Origin: a virus
Lineage: Duplodnaviria; Caudoviricetes
IMG/VR virus record: IMGVR_UViG_3300010376_000085
Coordinates: 1 to 36,181 of that record
Reading direction: 5' to 3' (one strand)
Length of the DNA stretch: 36,181 nucleotides
Shown here: piece after piece, positions 8,372-18,118 of the stretch
Layout of the letters: each line of letters opens with the position of its first letter
Numbering within the stretch: the first letter of the stretch is position 1
Notes under the pieces: model-generated
The model's input: only the letters and a program-made list of their open reading frames with translations
What the model was told of the DNA's origin: nothing
The model's database searches: none
Made by a program: the position numbers and the translations under genes

Positions 8372-9280
8372 TTATGGGAAACTAAACATGCCCATCGCTG
8401 CACCACCCAAGCTAGCAAGTCCCTGCATCCCAGCATTGTAAGCGCCCATCTGTTGACCATAGAGATTTTGCGCAAACGTGCCGGTATCCTGCGCAGCTTG
8501 ATACATCGGCGCAGCCGCAACATTCGCGCCAGTGTATTGCTGAAATTGCGGCGCTTGAATCTGCGATCCGCTCATCAGCGCGGAGATTTCATTCAGCGGC
8601 TGATTATAAAGTCCCAATTGTTGCGAAAGCGCTTGCTGGGCTGCGGTATTGCCGAACTGACCCGATTGCAGCGCTTGATTAAAGCCTTGTGCATTAGCCG
8701 ATAGATCAAGGCCAACACCCTGCTGCGCGGCACCCAACATCAAATTGTTGACATTGATACCCTGCGCACGCTGGGCGTTGTTCCAAGCTTCTGTTCCCGG
8801 AGCAATACCTTGATTGGCCAATTGCTGATTCAACGCGGCTTGCTGCTGTTGAATCTGCGGCTGCATCAAAGCCATCTGGGCTTGATAGCCAGTCTGCCCG
8901 GCATTGACTGGGATCGGCGCTACACCGGACGTATTTAAACCCGTCTGAATACCCGGTCCCTGATATTGAAATGGCGTGCCCAAAATCTTTTGCGCTTGGC
9001 CGATGCCTTGTTGACCAAGATTTGCCAAATTCATTTGCACATTCTGTTGTGCGTTTAATGCGGCCTCTGCCTGCGGATTCAAATTCTGCGAAATCGTCGG
9101 CTGCCACGTACCGCCCGGCCCTTGCGAATAACTGACCGTTTGCGATCCGTAAGGGCCATAAATATTAGGATTAGAACCTACTTCGGTCGCGAATGCGGCT
9201 TGCTGATTGGCTGCGCCTTGCGCTTGTGCCGCTGCTGTATAATTAGGTGTAGGCGGGGGCGCGGGTTGACTTTTTCCCAT
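8372..9280 (-). CDS. DNA-ejection / pilot protein
   Basis: MGKSQPAPPPTPNY N-terminus, PNIYGPYGSQT and LANQGIAPGTEAW. Q/A/G-rich; follows the GNAT gene. Confidence 0.7.
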   Translation of the reverse strand: MGKSQPAPPPTPNYTAAAQAQGAANQQAAFATEVGSNPNIYGPYGSQTVSYSQGPGGTWQPTISQNLNPQAEAALNAQQNVQMNLANLGQQGIGQAQKILGTPFQYQGPGIQTGLNTSGVAPIPVNAGQTGYQAQMALMQPQIQQQQAALNQQLANQGIAPGTEAWNNAQRAQGINVNNLMLGAAQQGVGLDLSANAQGFNQALQSGQFGNTAAQQALSQQLGLYNQPLNEISALMSGSQIQAPQFQQYTGANVAAAPMYQAAQDTGTFAQNLYGQQMGAYNAGMQGLASLGGAAMGMFSFP

Positions 9281-9692
9281 AGCGTTCCTTTAAGAAACGG
9301 CAGTTGGATTTTTCGAGGGTGTAGATCAGCAGATCGCCACCGCTGGTCGCGGCGGCTTTGATATTGCCTTCTTGACTAAAACCCATCTTGCGGCACAACC
9401 GGATGCTGCGCGCATTGTTGGAGTCAATTGTGCAAATGATTTTGTGGACGCCGCACACGCAAAACGGATAATCGAAGATCGCGGCAAGAAATGCGGGCGT
9501 CATCCGCCCCTTCACAGCAATCAATGCGACGATGCTGCGCCCGTTGAATTGCTCGTAATTCACACCCGCGACAAATTTGTTGTTGTGCAACAAGCCCAGC
9601 GATACCGTGCCGGGCACATAGCAAGCGCCATCGATCTGCGATGCAACCCAAATGCCTGCACGCGGATTGTTAGAAACTATATCCCAGCCCAT
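9243..9692 (-). CDS. GNAT-family acetyltransferase of the tail module
   Basis: N..SIRLCRKMGFSQEG GNAT motif, between nozzle and ejection genes. Confidence 0.8.
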   Translation of the reverse strand: MGWDIVSNNPRAGIWVASQIDGACYVPGTVSLGLLHNNKFVAGVNYEQFNGRSIVALIAVKGRMTPAFLAAIFDYPFCVCGVHKIICTIDSNNARSIRLCRKMGFSQEGNIKAAATSGGDLLIYTLEKSNCRFLKERYGKKSTRAPAYT

Positions 9693-11275
9693 CCGGCTTG
9701 GAATACGATATCGGTTGACGCCCAACTGATCTGAATACCTTGGCTGGCGCTCTCGAAATCAATCCCGGCGCAGTAGCCCACACCGGCAACGCCTTGCCAG
9801 TCATTGCTGAGGTTCATGTTCTGACCCCAAAGCGCGGCGTCCCAAAGCCCGCTATCCCAGTAACCAAAACCAGTTGGAGAAAAACTGATCGGCTGATCGT
9901 ATTCATTAATGCTGAAATCAATCGCCAAGCCGATGCGAATTGACGGGTTGCCATTGGTCAAAATGTTTGGGCGCGCGCGGGTAAAATATTTCTCGACGCC
10001 GCGCATTTCAAAATAATTGAAAGCCTGAACTACATCGGTATCGATATTCGCGCCATCGTCGGCGTAGCTGCCAATATCCCAAGCATGATAAATGATGCCG
10101 TTGCCGCCGAAATAAGGTTCATCGTTAAACAGTGCAAAGACGTTGGCGGGCCAGCCCTGAAAATTGCACCATGATCCGGTAATGGTATTCATCACAAATT
10201 GCTGTTGCACGCCTACACCCATTGGAATGTTGACGATCAACGCGGCCTGCTTGGGATAATAGAAAATTTGCCAGCCAAAATTCTGCCGGTACTGGCGGAT
10301 CACAGTATTAATCGCCGCCTGTATTTTGAAGGAAATCGCCACGCGGGTATCAATGCGCGACGATTGCAGCCCCTGAGCCAACGGGATAATGCCGTCCAAG
10401 GAGAGAATCAGTCCGTCGCCGCCGAATTTAATCAACAGATTGCGATTGCCGACCGGAGCGCCGATCTGCCAAACCCCGATTTCCGCCCATGTCGCAAGGC
10501 TGGCCGGATCAGTGCCTTGATAAACAACAATCTCACCTTTGCTAGTATAAAAAACCAGATTGTCATTCATGCCGTAACCGGCATCGACGGTCCAAGCCAG
10601 CATATCCACCAGAGTCCCGCCCAGCATGGCGACGCTGGACAGATCAAGCATCTGCAACTGGCCGCCAATCGATTGCGTCGGCAGATACCACGCCCGCAAG
10701 CTATTGGCTTCGATAAACCACACCCGATTTTTGAACAGATAAACGTGAGTTAGCGCAGTCGGGCCTGCGGCTGGGCCGCCGGTTATCGCAATCGGCGTGC
10801 TGGTTGCGCTGATATGGCTCCAATTGATGCCATCGTACAAAAGCGGATTGTCAAAGCCATTGACCGCATAAAGATAGTTTCCGCCCGGCGTCGAAACATT
10901 GGTGTACTCAAAACGGGCATTGGTTAAACCACTGACAACAGCCGCGCCGACTGGGCCGCTATTGGACACATCGAAGATGCTGCGGCTTCCGGCATCGATG
11001 GCGAACATTTTATTCGCCGCCGCCCCGGCATAAACCATCAGCGACTCGATCTGGCCGCTCATGCCGGTTGCCCAGCGCGTGCTGCCGCCGCGCAGATCGC
11101 AACTCGCCCCGCCCGGAAACATATTGACCATGCGCACGGCATCGGTCGGGGCCATGTTTGCCCACGCATCGCGCGCATTCCAGCCGCCCACTGGCGCGGG
11201 CAGGGATGCCACATGCGCTTGCGCGCGCTGGATCGGCGGCGGAGTACCGCGCAGGAAACTACTGGGGCGTGCCAT
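9677..11275 (-). CDS. Tail nozzle / DNA stabilisation protein (P22 gp10-like role)
   Basis: LPAPVGGWNARD N-terminus, beta-rich, WDSGLWD near the C-terminus. Follows the adaptor. Confidence 0.75.
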   Translation of the reverse strand: MARPSSFLRGTPPPIQRAQAHVASLPAPVGGWNARDAWANMAPTDAVRMVNMFPGGASCDLRGGSTRWATGMSGQIESLMVYAGAAANKMFAIDAGSRSIFDVSNSGPVGAAVVSGLTNARFEYTNVSTPGGNYLYAVNGFDNPLLYDGINWSHISATSTPIAITGGPAAGPTALTHVYLFKNRVWFIEANSLRAWYLPTQSIGGQLQMLDLSSVAMLGGTLVDMLAWTVDAGYGMNDNLVFYTSKGEIVVYQGTDPASLATWAEIGVWQIGAPVGNRNLLIKFGGDGLILSLDGIIPLAQGLQSSRIDTRVAISFKIQAAINTVIRQYRQNFGWQIFYYPKQAALIVNIPMGVGVQQQFVMNTITGSWCNFQGWPANVFALFNDEPYFGGNGIIYHAWDIGSYADDGANIDTDVVQAFNYFEMRGVEKYFTRARPNILTNGNPSIRIGLAIDFSINEYDQPISFSPTGFGYWDSGLWDAALWGQNMNLSNDWQGVAGVGYCAGIDFESASQGIQISWASTDIVFQAGWAGI

Positions 11276-12173
11276 AGCCGCTATCTGGAATATTGTCCCA
11301 GCCAATCAAAACATTGCCCGGCTTGGGCGCGAAACTCAGATTGGCGTAACTCCAATCTTGTGCAGTATCGCTCTCATACTCCGTCATCCAATTTCTGAAT
11401 TGCGCTGTGGTATCGAAACCTTTGGCTTCAAAATATTTGAGCTTCACCATATTGATGATGAGGCGATCTTTGAAAATGCAAGTATCGGTATCGGCGGAAA
11501 AATCGGACTTCGGATTGCCGCTAGCGTCAGTTACCCAGCCATTGCTGCGATACTCGAAACCCAATTGCTCCGCATTGGAAAAACCCGGCCAGATTTGCAG
11601 CATGGGACCGAATAGCCGCCAGCGCACGCGCGGGCCAGTGGCAATAAAACCCGACATGATCCATTCCCATTGCTGCGGACTTTCCGGCCCAAGCATTTCC
11701 CAGCGCTTGGATTTGTCCCATTGCGTGCGCGGAATGATGTAATCGTAATCGGCAGGCATGGGATATTGCACTTTTTGAAAATAGATCGTGCCATTGGTAG
11801 CGCTGGCATTGGTCGGCAGGATCAGCGTCACTTGGCTTGCGCTATCGACGCTCTTAATAAAAGTCGCATTGGGAATACCCACGCCGACAACCATGTACGT
11901 GGTATCAAGCCCAGTGGTTGACGGAATCCCGGTAATGACGGGCGATCCTGCGCTGTATGTCCCAGCCGTGGTTGTGTACTGAGTCATAAACAAATAGGAC
12001 TTACAGAGCGCACTCCAAGGAAACTTGCGGATCAATTCATCCCCGCACGCATTTATCAGCGCGAAAAGCTGAATCGTATCCTGAGCCGGATTGTTGACTA
12101 CCGCAGTCGGCGCGATAATGCCAAGCTCATTGGCCGCTTTCTGCAACAACTTCAACAGGGTTGTGCTGCTCAT
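11259..12173 (-). CDS. Head-tail adaptor protein
   Basis: TLLKLLQKAANELG..YPMPADY..LKYFEAKGFD, and synteny. Confidence 0.7.
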   Translation of the reverse strand: MSSTTLLKLLQKAANELGIIAPTAVVNNPAQDTIQLFALINACGDELIRKFPWSALCKSYLFMTQYTTTAGTYSAGSPVITGIPSTTGLDTTYMVVGVGIPNATFIKSVDSASQVTLILPTNASATNGTIYFQKVQYPMPADYDYIIPRTQWDKSKRWEMLGPESPQQWEWIMSGFIATGPRVRWRLFGPMLQIWPGFSNAEQLGFEYRSNGWVTDASGNPKSDFSADTDTCIFKDRLIINMVKLKYFEAKGFDTTAQFRNWMTEYESDTAQDWSYANLSFAPKPGNVLIGWDNIPDSGYGTPQ

Positions 12174-12783
12174 CGGTCGCCTCTAGCTCTGCGATTATTT
12201 CTTCCGCCTTGCGTTGAAATGGTCTGCCGCGCGGCCTGCCTTTGGCTTTCTTGGGCAGCTTGCTTAACACTTGACCAGCCAACAGCCGTTCCATCATCGC
12301 TTTCACTTCGGCCAATTCATCTTTGGTCTTTTGCAATTCCGCGCCACTAATCTGGGCATTCTTGGCCGCCAAAAAGGACTGGGCTTTGATGCGCAAGCCT
12401 GCGCCACCGATGGCGATGCGGGTAAGCTGGTTATCGGTTGCGGCGGCAAGCTGCTCGACGGTCTGGAATTTCAAAATGGCCAACTCGGTTAATTGGCCAT
12501 CCGTGAGATCACCAGGACGCTCGCGCTGCCATTGCAACAGCGATGTGCCAACAATATCGGCCTCGCTGCGCTCCATCTGGAAAGAAAACCACGCGCGCGG
12601 GAAACGCCGCTTGTCGCTTTCCCTCACCAGCCGTTCCGGTCTATTCAACTGATCGCCCGGTATATTAAGCCGGATATAGGGCAATCCATTGTGAGGGTCT
12701 TTGGGATTGTCCTTGTTGTCGTAAATGTAAAACTCGGGATGCAGCTTGGCATCGCCATCGCTGATATCGCTGTCAATCGGCAT
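12127..12783 (-). CDS. Conserved phage protein between capsid and adaptor genes
   Basis: IPGD..DKRRFPRAW..FQTVEQLA. Overlaps the adaptor start. Confidence 0.7.
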   Translation of the reverse strand: MPIDSDISDGDAKLHPEFYIYDNKDNPKDPHNGLPYIRLNIPGDQLNRPERLVRESDKRRFPRAWFSFQMERSEADIVGTSLLQWQRERPGDLTDGQLTELAILKFQTVEQLAAATDNQLTRIAIGGAGLRIKAQSFLAAKNAQISGAELQKTKDELAEVKAMMERLLAGQVLSKLPKKAKGRPRGRPFQRKAEEIIAELEATDEQHNPVEVVAESGQ

Positions 12784-12796
12784 GATGATGTTCCTT

Positions 12797-13162
12797 TTAA
12801 GCGGAAAGAAGTACCCAGTAATTCGCGCTCAAGGCTTTCAAGACGGCGGTCTTTCCGCTGGCCAAAAGATAGCTCGCCGTATTGTTGATGAGCGTTGCGC
12901 TCTCAAACGGATAGATCATGACGCTGTGCGCGCTATCATTGCGCAGCCAAACCTCTGCGCCCATCTCTGTGGACGGCAAAACTACGCCGCTGGCGTTGGA
13001 CGGCAATGAGTTTGAAATCTGCCCAAGCGTCGTGCCGGGCGGCAATTGTGTCGCGGTTGCCTGATTGGTGCCAGCAGCAGAAATGGCCATCGCTCCCAAA
13101 CCGGCGATGCCCAGCACTGCTCTGCTTTGCATCCCGGTTTGGAAAATCTGCGATGGCAGCAT
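12797..13162 (-). CDS. Putative capsid decoration / spike-base protein
   Basis: SAAGTNQATATQL..GVVLP..VMIYP. Abuts the upstream gene. Confidence 0.6.
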   Translation of the reverse strand: MLPSQIFQTGMQSRAVLGIAGLGAMAISAAGTNQATATQLPPGTTLGQISNSLPSNASGVVLPSTEMGAEVWLRNDSAHSVMIYPFESATLINNTASYLLASGKTAVLKALSANYWVLLSA

Positions 13163-13690
13163 TTAGGTGATGCGGCCCTGCAAGCAAGGCCGGTCGCAAT
13201 AGATCGGCAAGACGGTAGTTGCCGCCAGCACGGTTGCGGTATTGGTGGACTTGGCGTCCAGAATTTCCAAACCCGCCGCCGTGTTGCCAATCGCGCCCGC
13301 CGACACAATGCCGACAGATACGCCTGCATTGACCGCAGCCGAAGTATCCTTGAGCGCTTGGACTTGACCCTCGATCTGATACCAGCCCCATTGCCCGGCC
13401 AAAGCCGGGGCCATCGCGAAAGCGATTGCCCGCGACTGGTTAGGCGTGGCTGCGGCTAGCGAAGTGAGAAAATTTCCGTCCCAAACAACACAGGAACCGA
13501 TTTGCGTTCCCGCGCATCCGGCCAAGAAAATAAACTCGCCTTCGCCAAAAACCGGATCGACTGCGCGCACGATCTGGCCCAGTTTGTTGGGCGTACTCGG
13601 ATACGTGATATTGGTGGACGCATTCAAAACGCCAGGATCAACGTTCGCAATCGGCGTAACGCCGATACGATTTTCTTCTACTGTGAACAT
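13163..13690 (-). CDS. Capsid cement / minor capsid protein
   Basis: DPVFGEGEFIFL..GQWGWYQIEG, immediately after the major capsid gene. SD AAGGG before the ATG at 13690. Confidence 0.7.
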   Translation of the reverse strand: MFTVEENRIGVTPIANVDPGVLNASTNITYPSTPNKLGQIVRAVDPVFGEGEFIFLAGCAGTQIGSCVVWDGNFLTSLAAATPNQSRAIAFAMAPALAGQWGWYQIEGQVQALKDTSAAVNAGVSVGIVSAGAIGNTAAGLEILDAKSTNTATVLAATTVLPIYCDRPCLQGRIT

Positions 13691-13704
13691 GATGTTTCCC
13701 TTCT

Positions 13705-14706
13705 CTAAGCGATCAAGACGCCCTGAAATTCGCTGCCGGATACGCAAAGATTTCCAGCAAATCCGATGAGCTTAACCACCGCATCCTGATTCACGGCTTG
13801 GCGTTCGCCGCCGATGGGCACGAAATTGCGATCCGCATGGGGCCTGAATTTCAAGAATTTCGTATTCAGGAACCACATGTGATTAGCGGTCGCGTCATTG
13901 CCAATACCGCCATCCAGCACCACATCGCTCGACATGCCCGCGCCGAAATACTTGAGCGCAGTAAAGCCAGCGCCCGCCACATCGGAGCCTTCCGATGCCA
14001 CGCGCTGGATGTTCTGCATCGATGCCAGATAAAGCCGATAGTAATTATTATCAGCCACGATCAGATCAGGCTTGTCCGTGCCACGGATCAGTTGCACAGC
14101 CACCGCGTCCATATATCCGGCGATATTGGTCGCAGCGACCGCGCCGCCGCCATTGGTTAGGCCGGAATAGGAGAATGGACGCCAGAATGCCCACGCGCTG
14201 CGATCAATCCCGCCATAAACGCCGGTCGCAGGATTGTCAGGTACTGCCGCCGCAAGGCCAGTGATATTCTTACCGGCGTTGCCCGTACCGTCCAAATACA
14301 GATCGGCACTGATGCGATTGGCTAGCTGGGCTTCGGCAACGCCCATGCGACCGTCCAACAAATCAATGATCTGCTCTTTGGAGCTATTCTGAATCATTTC
14401 AAGGCCGGAAATCGAAATCGCAGCCGCATATTGGGTTATGCCGAACTGGGCCGAACTGATCGGGCTGTTTTGAGAAACATTGAGAACTTCATAGCCCGAA
14501 TAGGAATTGACGTTCCGGGTAGTTGGATCGTCGTAAAAAATTTCTTCAAAGATCACATTACCACCCGCGAAGGTCTGGACATTGCCGCGCGTCTTGAGTC
14601 TGCGCAGCATTGCATTGTTATTTGTGCAGTTGTCCGCCAGGACGCCAGTACGCGATTGAATCGTAGTCGCGATAACGTCGCTAACGGAAGCATTGGCGAA
14701 TGCCAT
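13705..14706 (-). CDS. Major capsid protein
   Basis: 333 aa after the scaffold gene. ATTIQSR..LADN..NNAML, YGGIDRS..FW and WFLNTKFL motifs. SD GGAG. Confidence 0.9.
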   Translation of the reverse strand: MAFANASVSDVIATTIQSRTGVLADNCTNNNAMLRRLKTRGNVQTFAGGNVIFEEIFYDDPTTRNVNSYSGYEVLNVSQNSPISSAQFGITQYAAAISISGLEMIQNSSKEQIIDLLDGRMGVAEAQLANRISADLYLDGTGNAGKNITGLAAAVPDNPATGVYGGIDRSAWAFWRPFSYSGLTNGGGAVAATNIAGYMDAVAVQLIRGTDKPDLIVADNNYYRLYLASMQNIQRVASEGSDVAGAGFTALKYFGAGMSSDVVLDGGIGNDATANHMWFLNTKFLKFRPHADRNFVPIGGERQAVNQDAVVKLIGFAGNLCVSGSEFQGVLIA

Positions 14707-14727
14707 TGGCTAGCTCCATCGGTTGAA

Positions 14728-15774
14728 TCAATAGCGCTCGCTCAAGCTGTCGAGTGCCTCTTTCAGCACGGAGCGCCTATCTCTTGCATCGGCTGGTGGC
14801 TGTTTGCCGGGCGTGCCCGACTTCACACTAACCGCTGCCGCTTTCGCCCGCTTTGCTGCCTCGTCGGCTGCTTTTCTTTGCGCCGTTTCTGCCTCTGCCT
14901 TTTCGGCGGCCTGAATTTTGGCGGAAAGATCAGGGTTTAAACGTATTGCCTTCTCGTAAGCGTCTTGCAATCCGTCCGCCATGCCGCCGTACAACAGTTG
15001 CACCATGACGGGACGGACTTCTTCAAAATGTTCGGCTTTTTGGCTGAACTTCTGAATCTCAGTAAGCGTCTGGGCATCAGCCATGGCGCTTTGATTTTCT
15101 TGATAGCTGGAAAATTGCCCGCGCAATTGAGCCAATTCCTGCTGCATATTCATTAGCTGCGGACTGGGGGCTTGAAAATTTTGAATATTCTGCGGATTGG
15201 CCGCTATGGCATTCAGATCGATGCCGTAGCTTGCCGCTACGCCCAATAAGGTCTGGATACGCTGGGGCATCGGCAGCGTGCGCAAGTCATTATCGACTCT
15301 CATCAAGCCAGCGACCGCGCGCGGCAGATCAAGCCCAAGCTGCTGCACAGTGTGCATATAAGGCTCTGCCGCCTTGGTGATCTGATCGGCCAACTGCGCC
15401 TTAGTCACCAAAGGCTGCGCGCCAGTAACATTCTGCTGTTCACGCTCGAAAACATATTGCCGCGCTTCGGGACTCATGGACTGCCAAAGCGCATCCTTGT
15501 CTTTCTTCCATTGCGTCGGGCGTGCATCCCACGGCTTGGCTTCGGGTTTTTCCGCTTTATCTTTTTCGTCAGCTTTTTCGTCGCTCTTATCCTTGGCCTT
15601 GTAGCGCCCGCGCTCATCACGCTCCGCGCTATCGGATTTTGGTTGTTTATCTTGCTGGGCCGCGCTTTCGGCTTCAACCTTATCGAAACCTGCGCGCAGC
15701 ACTTCTTTGCGATCTACCGGCTGCTGCTGTTCCAGATCATCTTTGACTTCTTGCCGCTCGCCTGCTCCGCTCAT
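14728..15774 (-). CDS. Scaffolding protein
   Basis: Charged coiled coil with RDERGRY, P.QWKK and LQDAYEKA. Directly upstream of the capsid gene. Confidence 0.8.
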   Translation of the reverse strand: MSGAGERQEVKDDLEQQQPVDRKEVLRAGFDKVEAESAAQQDKQPKSDSAERDERGRYKAKDKSDEKADEKDKAEKPEAKPWDARPTQWKKDKDALWQSMSPEARQYVFEREQQNVTGAQPLVTKAQLADQITKAAEPYMHTVQQLGLDLPRAVAGLMRVDNDLRTLPMPQRIQTLLGVAASYGIDLNAIAANPQNIQNFQAPSPQLMNMQQELAQLRGQFSSYQENQSAMADAQTLTEIQKFSQKAEHFEEVRPVMVQLLYGGMADGLQDAYEKAIRLNPDLSAKIQAAEKAEAETAQRKAADEAAKRAKAAAVSVKSGTPGKQPPADARDRRSVLKEALDSLSERY

Positions 15775-16133
15775 CGCATGTCCTTAATGGTCTTTTGAAT
15801 GATCCTTTTGATATCGCGGTCGCCCACATCGGCCAGCACGCGATAAAGGCTTTCTTTGACGCTGATCGCGGGCGGTACGCGCTTGCGATTCATGTGGCTG
15901 GTATCGCTGCCGATTTCGACGCAGCCATGCGCTTTCAGATGATCGCGATGGCGCTTTCTGCCGTCGATGATCGATCCGTCAATCATCGATTGATAAGGCG
16001 GAATATCAGGAATTATCTGCGGGCCGCTCGGCTCCGGCGCAGACTCGAAATTGGGACGCGCCCAAATCAGTACATCATCTTGATATTCCGCCAGCTTGCC
16101 CTGACCGTCATAAAAGGCGCGATATCTGCTCAT
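15771..16133 (-). CDS. Conserved small head-region protein
   Basis: PDIPPYQSMIDGSII..HRDHLKAHGCVEIG. Overlaps both neighbours. Confidence 0.7.
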   Translation of the reverse strand: MSRYRAFYDGQGKLAEYQDDVLIWARPNFESAPEPSGPQIIPDIPPYQSMIDGSIIDGRKRHRDHLKAHGCVEIGSDTSHMNRKRVPPAISVKESLYRVLADVGDRDIKRIIQKTIKDMR

Positions 16134-16825
16134 AGCAACAACAGCACATCCTCATCGTCTTGGGTTAGGTAAGCCCGCCAAAGCGCTTGAATTTTTTCCG
16201 TGCGCGCCACGGCAGCAGAAAAATCAAAATCGGCGGCTCTGGCTTCGGGCGCAGCTTCGATCTGGGCCGCAAAATTATCAGCGAGCGCTTCCGATATATG
16301 CGGCTTGCCTTCGATAACTCTTTCCATCGCGGCGATAACTTCGCCGCGTCGGCGCAGCTTGATTTCGATTTCCTGCTCAAATTCACGCCGCCTCTTTTTC
16401 TCACGCTTCTTTTGCTTCTCGCGCCGGTCGGAAATGTCCTCGTCGCCATAGTCAAATCCGTAATCGGGCAGCGCTGATTGTTCCTGATTGGCTTGGATCA
16501 GATCAGCGCCTTCCAGCCACGCCGCCGCACCGGCAATGGCTGGAAGGTTGACGGTGCCCGCCGCCGCCAAGGCATCGTCTGGACTCTCTGTCCAGCCGCC
16601 CGCGCCGCTGATGGCCGGGAAAGCGCTGGTGCCTGTGGCAGCGAGAGCGTCCGCGCCTTCGGTCCAGCCGCCCGCGCCAGTGATGCCGGAAAGGGCTGGG
16701 CCGCCACTTGCGGCGAGCGCATCGGGCGTTTCAACAATCGCGCCTGCGCCAGTGATGGCAGGAGGCGCTCCACTGATCGGAATTTCCGAAATGGACAATT
16801 CGGAAATTGCGTCAAACGAAAGCAT
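16130..16825 (-). CDS. Repeat-containing structural protein (head-fibre linker?)
   Basis: Four roughly 24-aa repeats I(T/S/A)GAGxWxE.xD.LAA(S/T)G, then a charged helix ending DDEDVLLLL. Confidence 0.65.
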   Translation of the reverse strand: MLSFDAISELSISEIPISGAPPAITGAGAIVETPDALAASGGPALSGITGAGGWTEGADALAATGTSAFPAISGAGGWTESPDDALAAAGTVNLPAIAGAAAWLEGADLIQANQEQSALPDYGFDYGDEDISDRREKQKKREKKRRREFEQEIEIKLRRRGEVIAAMERVIEGKPHISEALADNFAAQIEAAPEARAADFDFSAAVARTEKIQALWRAYLTQDDEDVLLLL

Positions 16826-16829
16826 TGGT

Positions 16830-17705
16830 TTAGTTCACGCCAACGCAGATAAACGGTGGCACCCCGGATACTGCGGTCAAAGCCGGGACTTGACCGGGCA
16901 TGCCGGATTGACCCGTCGCATGATAAAACGCGGCGGTCATGGCCGTGTTGGGCGTTGCCACGCCAAACAATTCTGCAAAGCCAACCTCTGCCGTCGCTTG
17001 CGTGCAAGTGTTGATGCTGCCTGCCGCCACTAGGGGCAGATAAGCCGCCCAATAAATTCCCGGCGCTTGCGGCTGCGGCACGGCAATGCTTGGGCTTTGA
17101 ACTTGACCAATCGCGGTATTGGCGTTGCCGCTCGATCCCGCGCCCAACAGCAGATTGGGATAAGCGGAATTGGGCAAACAATTAAACAAGCCAAAACTGA
17201 CGCTGCCGCCAGCGGCTGCCGCCGTGGTTTGCTGGACCGTGACAAAATAATTCTCAAACCATTGCTTGATATAGACCGGCACCAGACAAAGCGCGCCCAC
17301 CGTTTGCGCCGTGCCGGTCAGCACACCCGCCACAAGGTAATTTTTGTAAAGGCCACTATTCGCGCCAATCAAATCAAACGCATTCAAGAATTGATCGGCA
17401 GGCACCACGCACGCCACCGTCACCGTGCCGCTGAATGCCGCAATCTGCGTCGGCGGACTGGCACCATTGGATGAAGCAATCGGCGTGGCGGCGCGCGCCA
17501 AGGTCAACGCGGAATTGCTGTAAACTCCATAATTTATTTCCCAATGCCCCGCCGTATCACTGACGCGATAGACCGCATTGTTGGTATCACCGATGCCGGA
17601 ATTGAAGCTCTGAAACCCGGATGGCGGCGCATTGGCCAGCGTGATGAGGCTTGAACTCTGCGCGGTTGATGTGTCTTTGACCAAATCCGCATAGGGCAAG
17701 GTCAT
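16830..17705 (-). CDS. Putative head fibre / spike protein
   Basis: ADLVKDTST..ITLA..GFQSF..WEINYGVY N-terminal module seen in phage fibre proteins. Confidence 0.6.
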   Translation of the reverse strand: MTLPYADLVKDTSTAQSSSLITLANAPPSGFQSFNSGIGDTNNAVYRVSDTAGHWEINYGVYSNSALTLARAATPIASSNGASPPTQIAAFSGTVTVACVVPADQFLNAFDLIGANSGLYKNYLVAGVLTGTAQTVGALCLVPVYIKQWFENYFVTVQQTTAAAAGGSVSFGLFNCLPNSAYPNLLLGAGSSGNANTAIGQVQSPSIAVPQPQAPGIYWAAYLPLVAAGSINTCTQATAEVGFAELFGVATPNTAMTAAFYHATGQSGMPGQVPALTAVSGVPPFICVGVN

Positions 17706-18118
17706 CAGGTGTTGCTCGTAATCGTCAACGCCGTGATGTTGACGGTTTGCCCATTGCTGAATGCGGTGGAGGACAAATTGAGATCAAACGTGCTGCCCAC
17801 GCCCGCCGTACCGTCCAGCACAGCCACGCCTGCGCTGGTCGTGAGGCGAAACCATGCCGCCGCGCTGGTGAAGCCGCAGGTTGCCGAAGCGATGGCATTG
17901 GCTGTCAAAACACTGGGATGGGCCGCGCTCGATGCCGGAGCGAATGGCGAGCCGCAGGTATGCGAGGAAAGTAGATTTTGACTTGTGATCGCGGTATCGG
18001 GATTGGCAGGCTGGGCACCATCATAAATTTTCAGCAGCGCACCATTGCCCAAGGCGGTGACAATCGCCGCCAATCGCGCTTGGTTCAAGGCGATGCTGTA
18101 CGTCGGGTTATGGGCCAT
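17705..18118 (-). CDS. Small structural protein (fibre base-like)
   Basis: LKIYDGAQPANPD..AAWFRL..DLNL..GQTVNIT. Abuts the portal gene. Confidence 0.7.
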   Translation of the reverse strand: MAHNPTYSIALNQARLAAIVTALGNGALLKIYDGAQPANPDTAITSQNLLSSHTCGSPFAPASSAAHPSVLTANAIASATCGFTSAAAWFRLTTSAGVAVLDGTAGVGSTFDLNLSSTAFSNGQTVNITALTITSNT

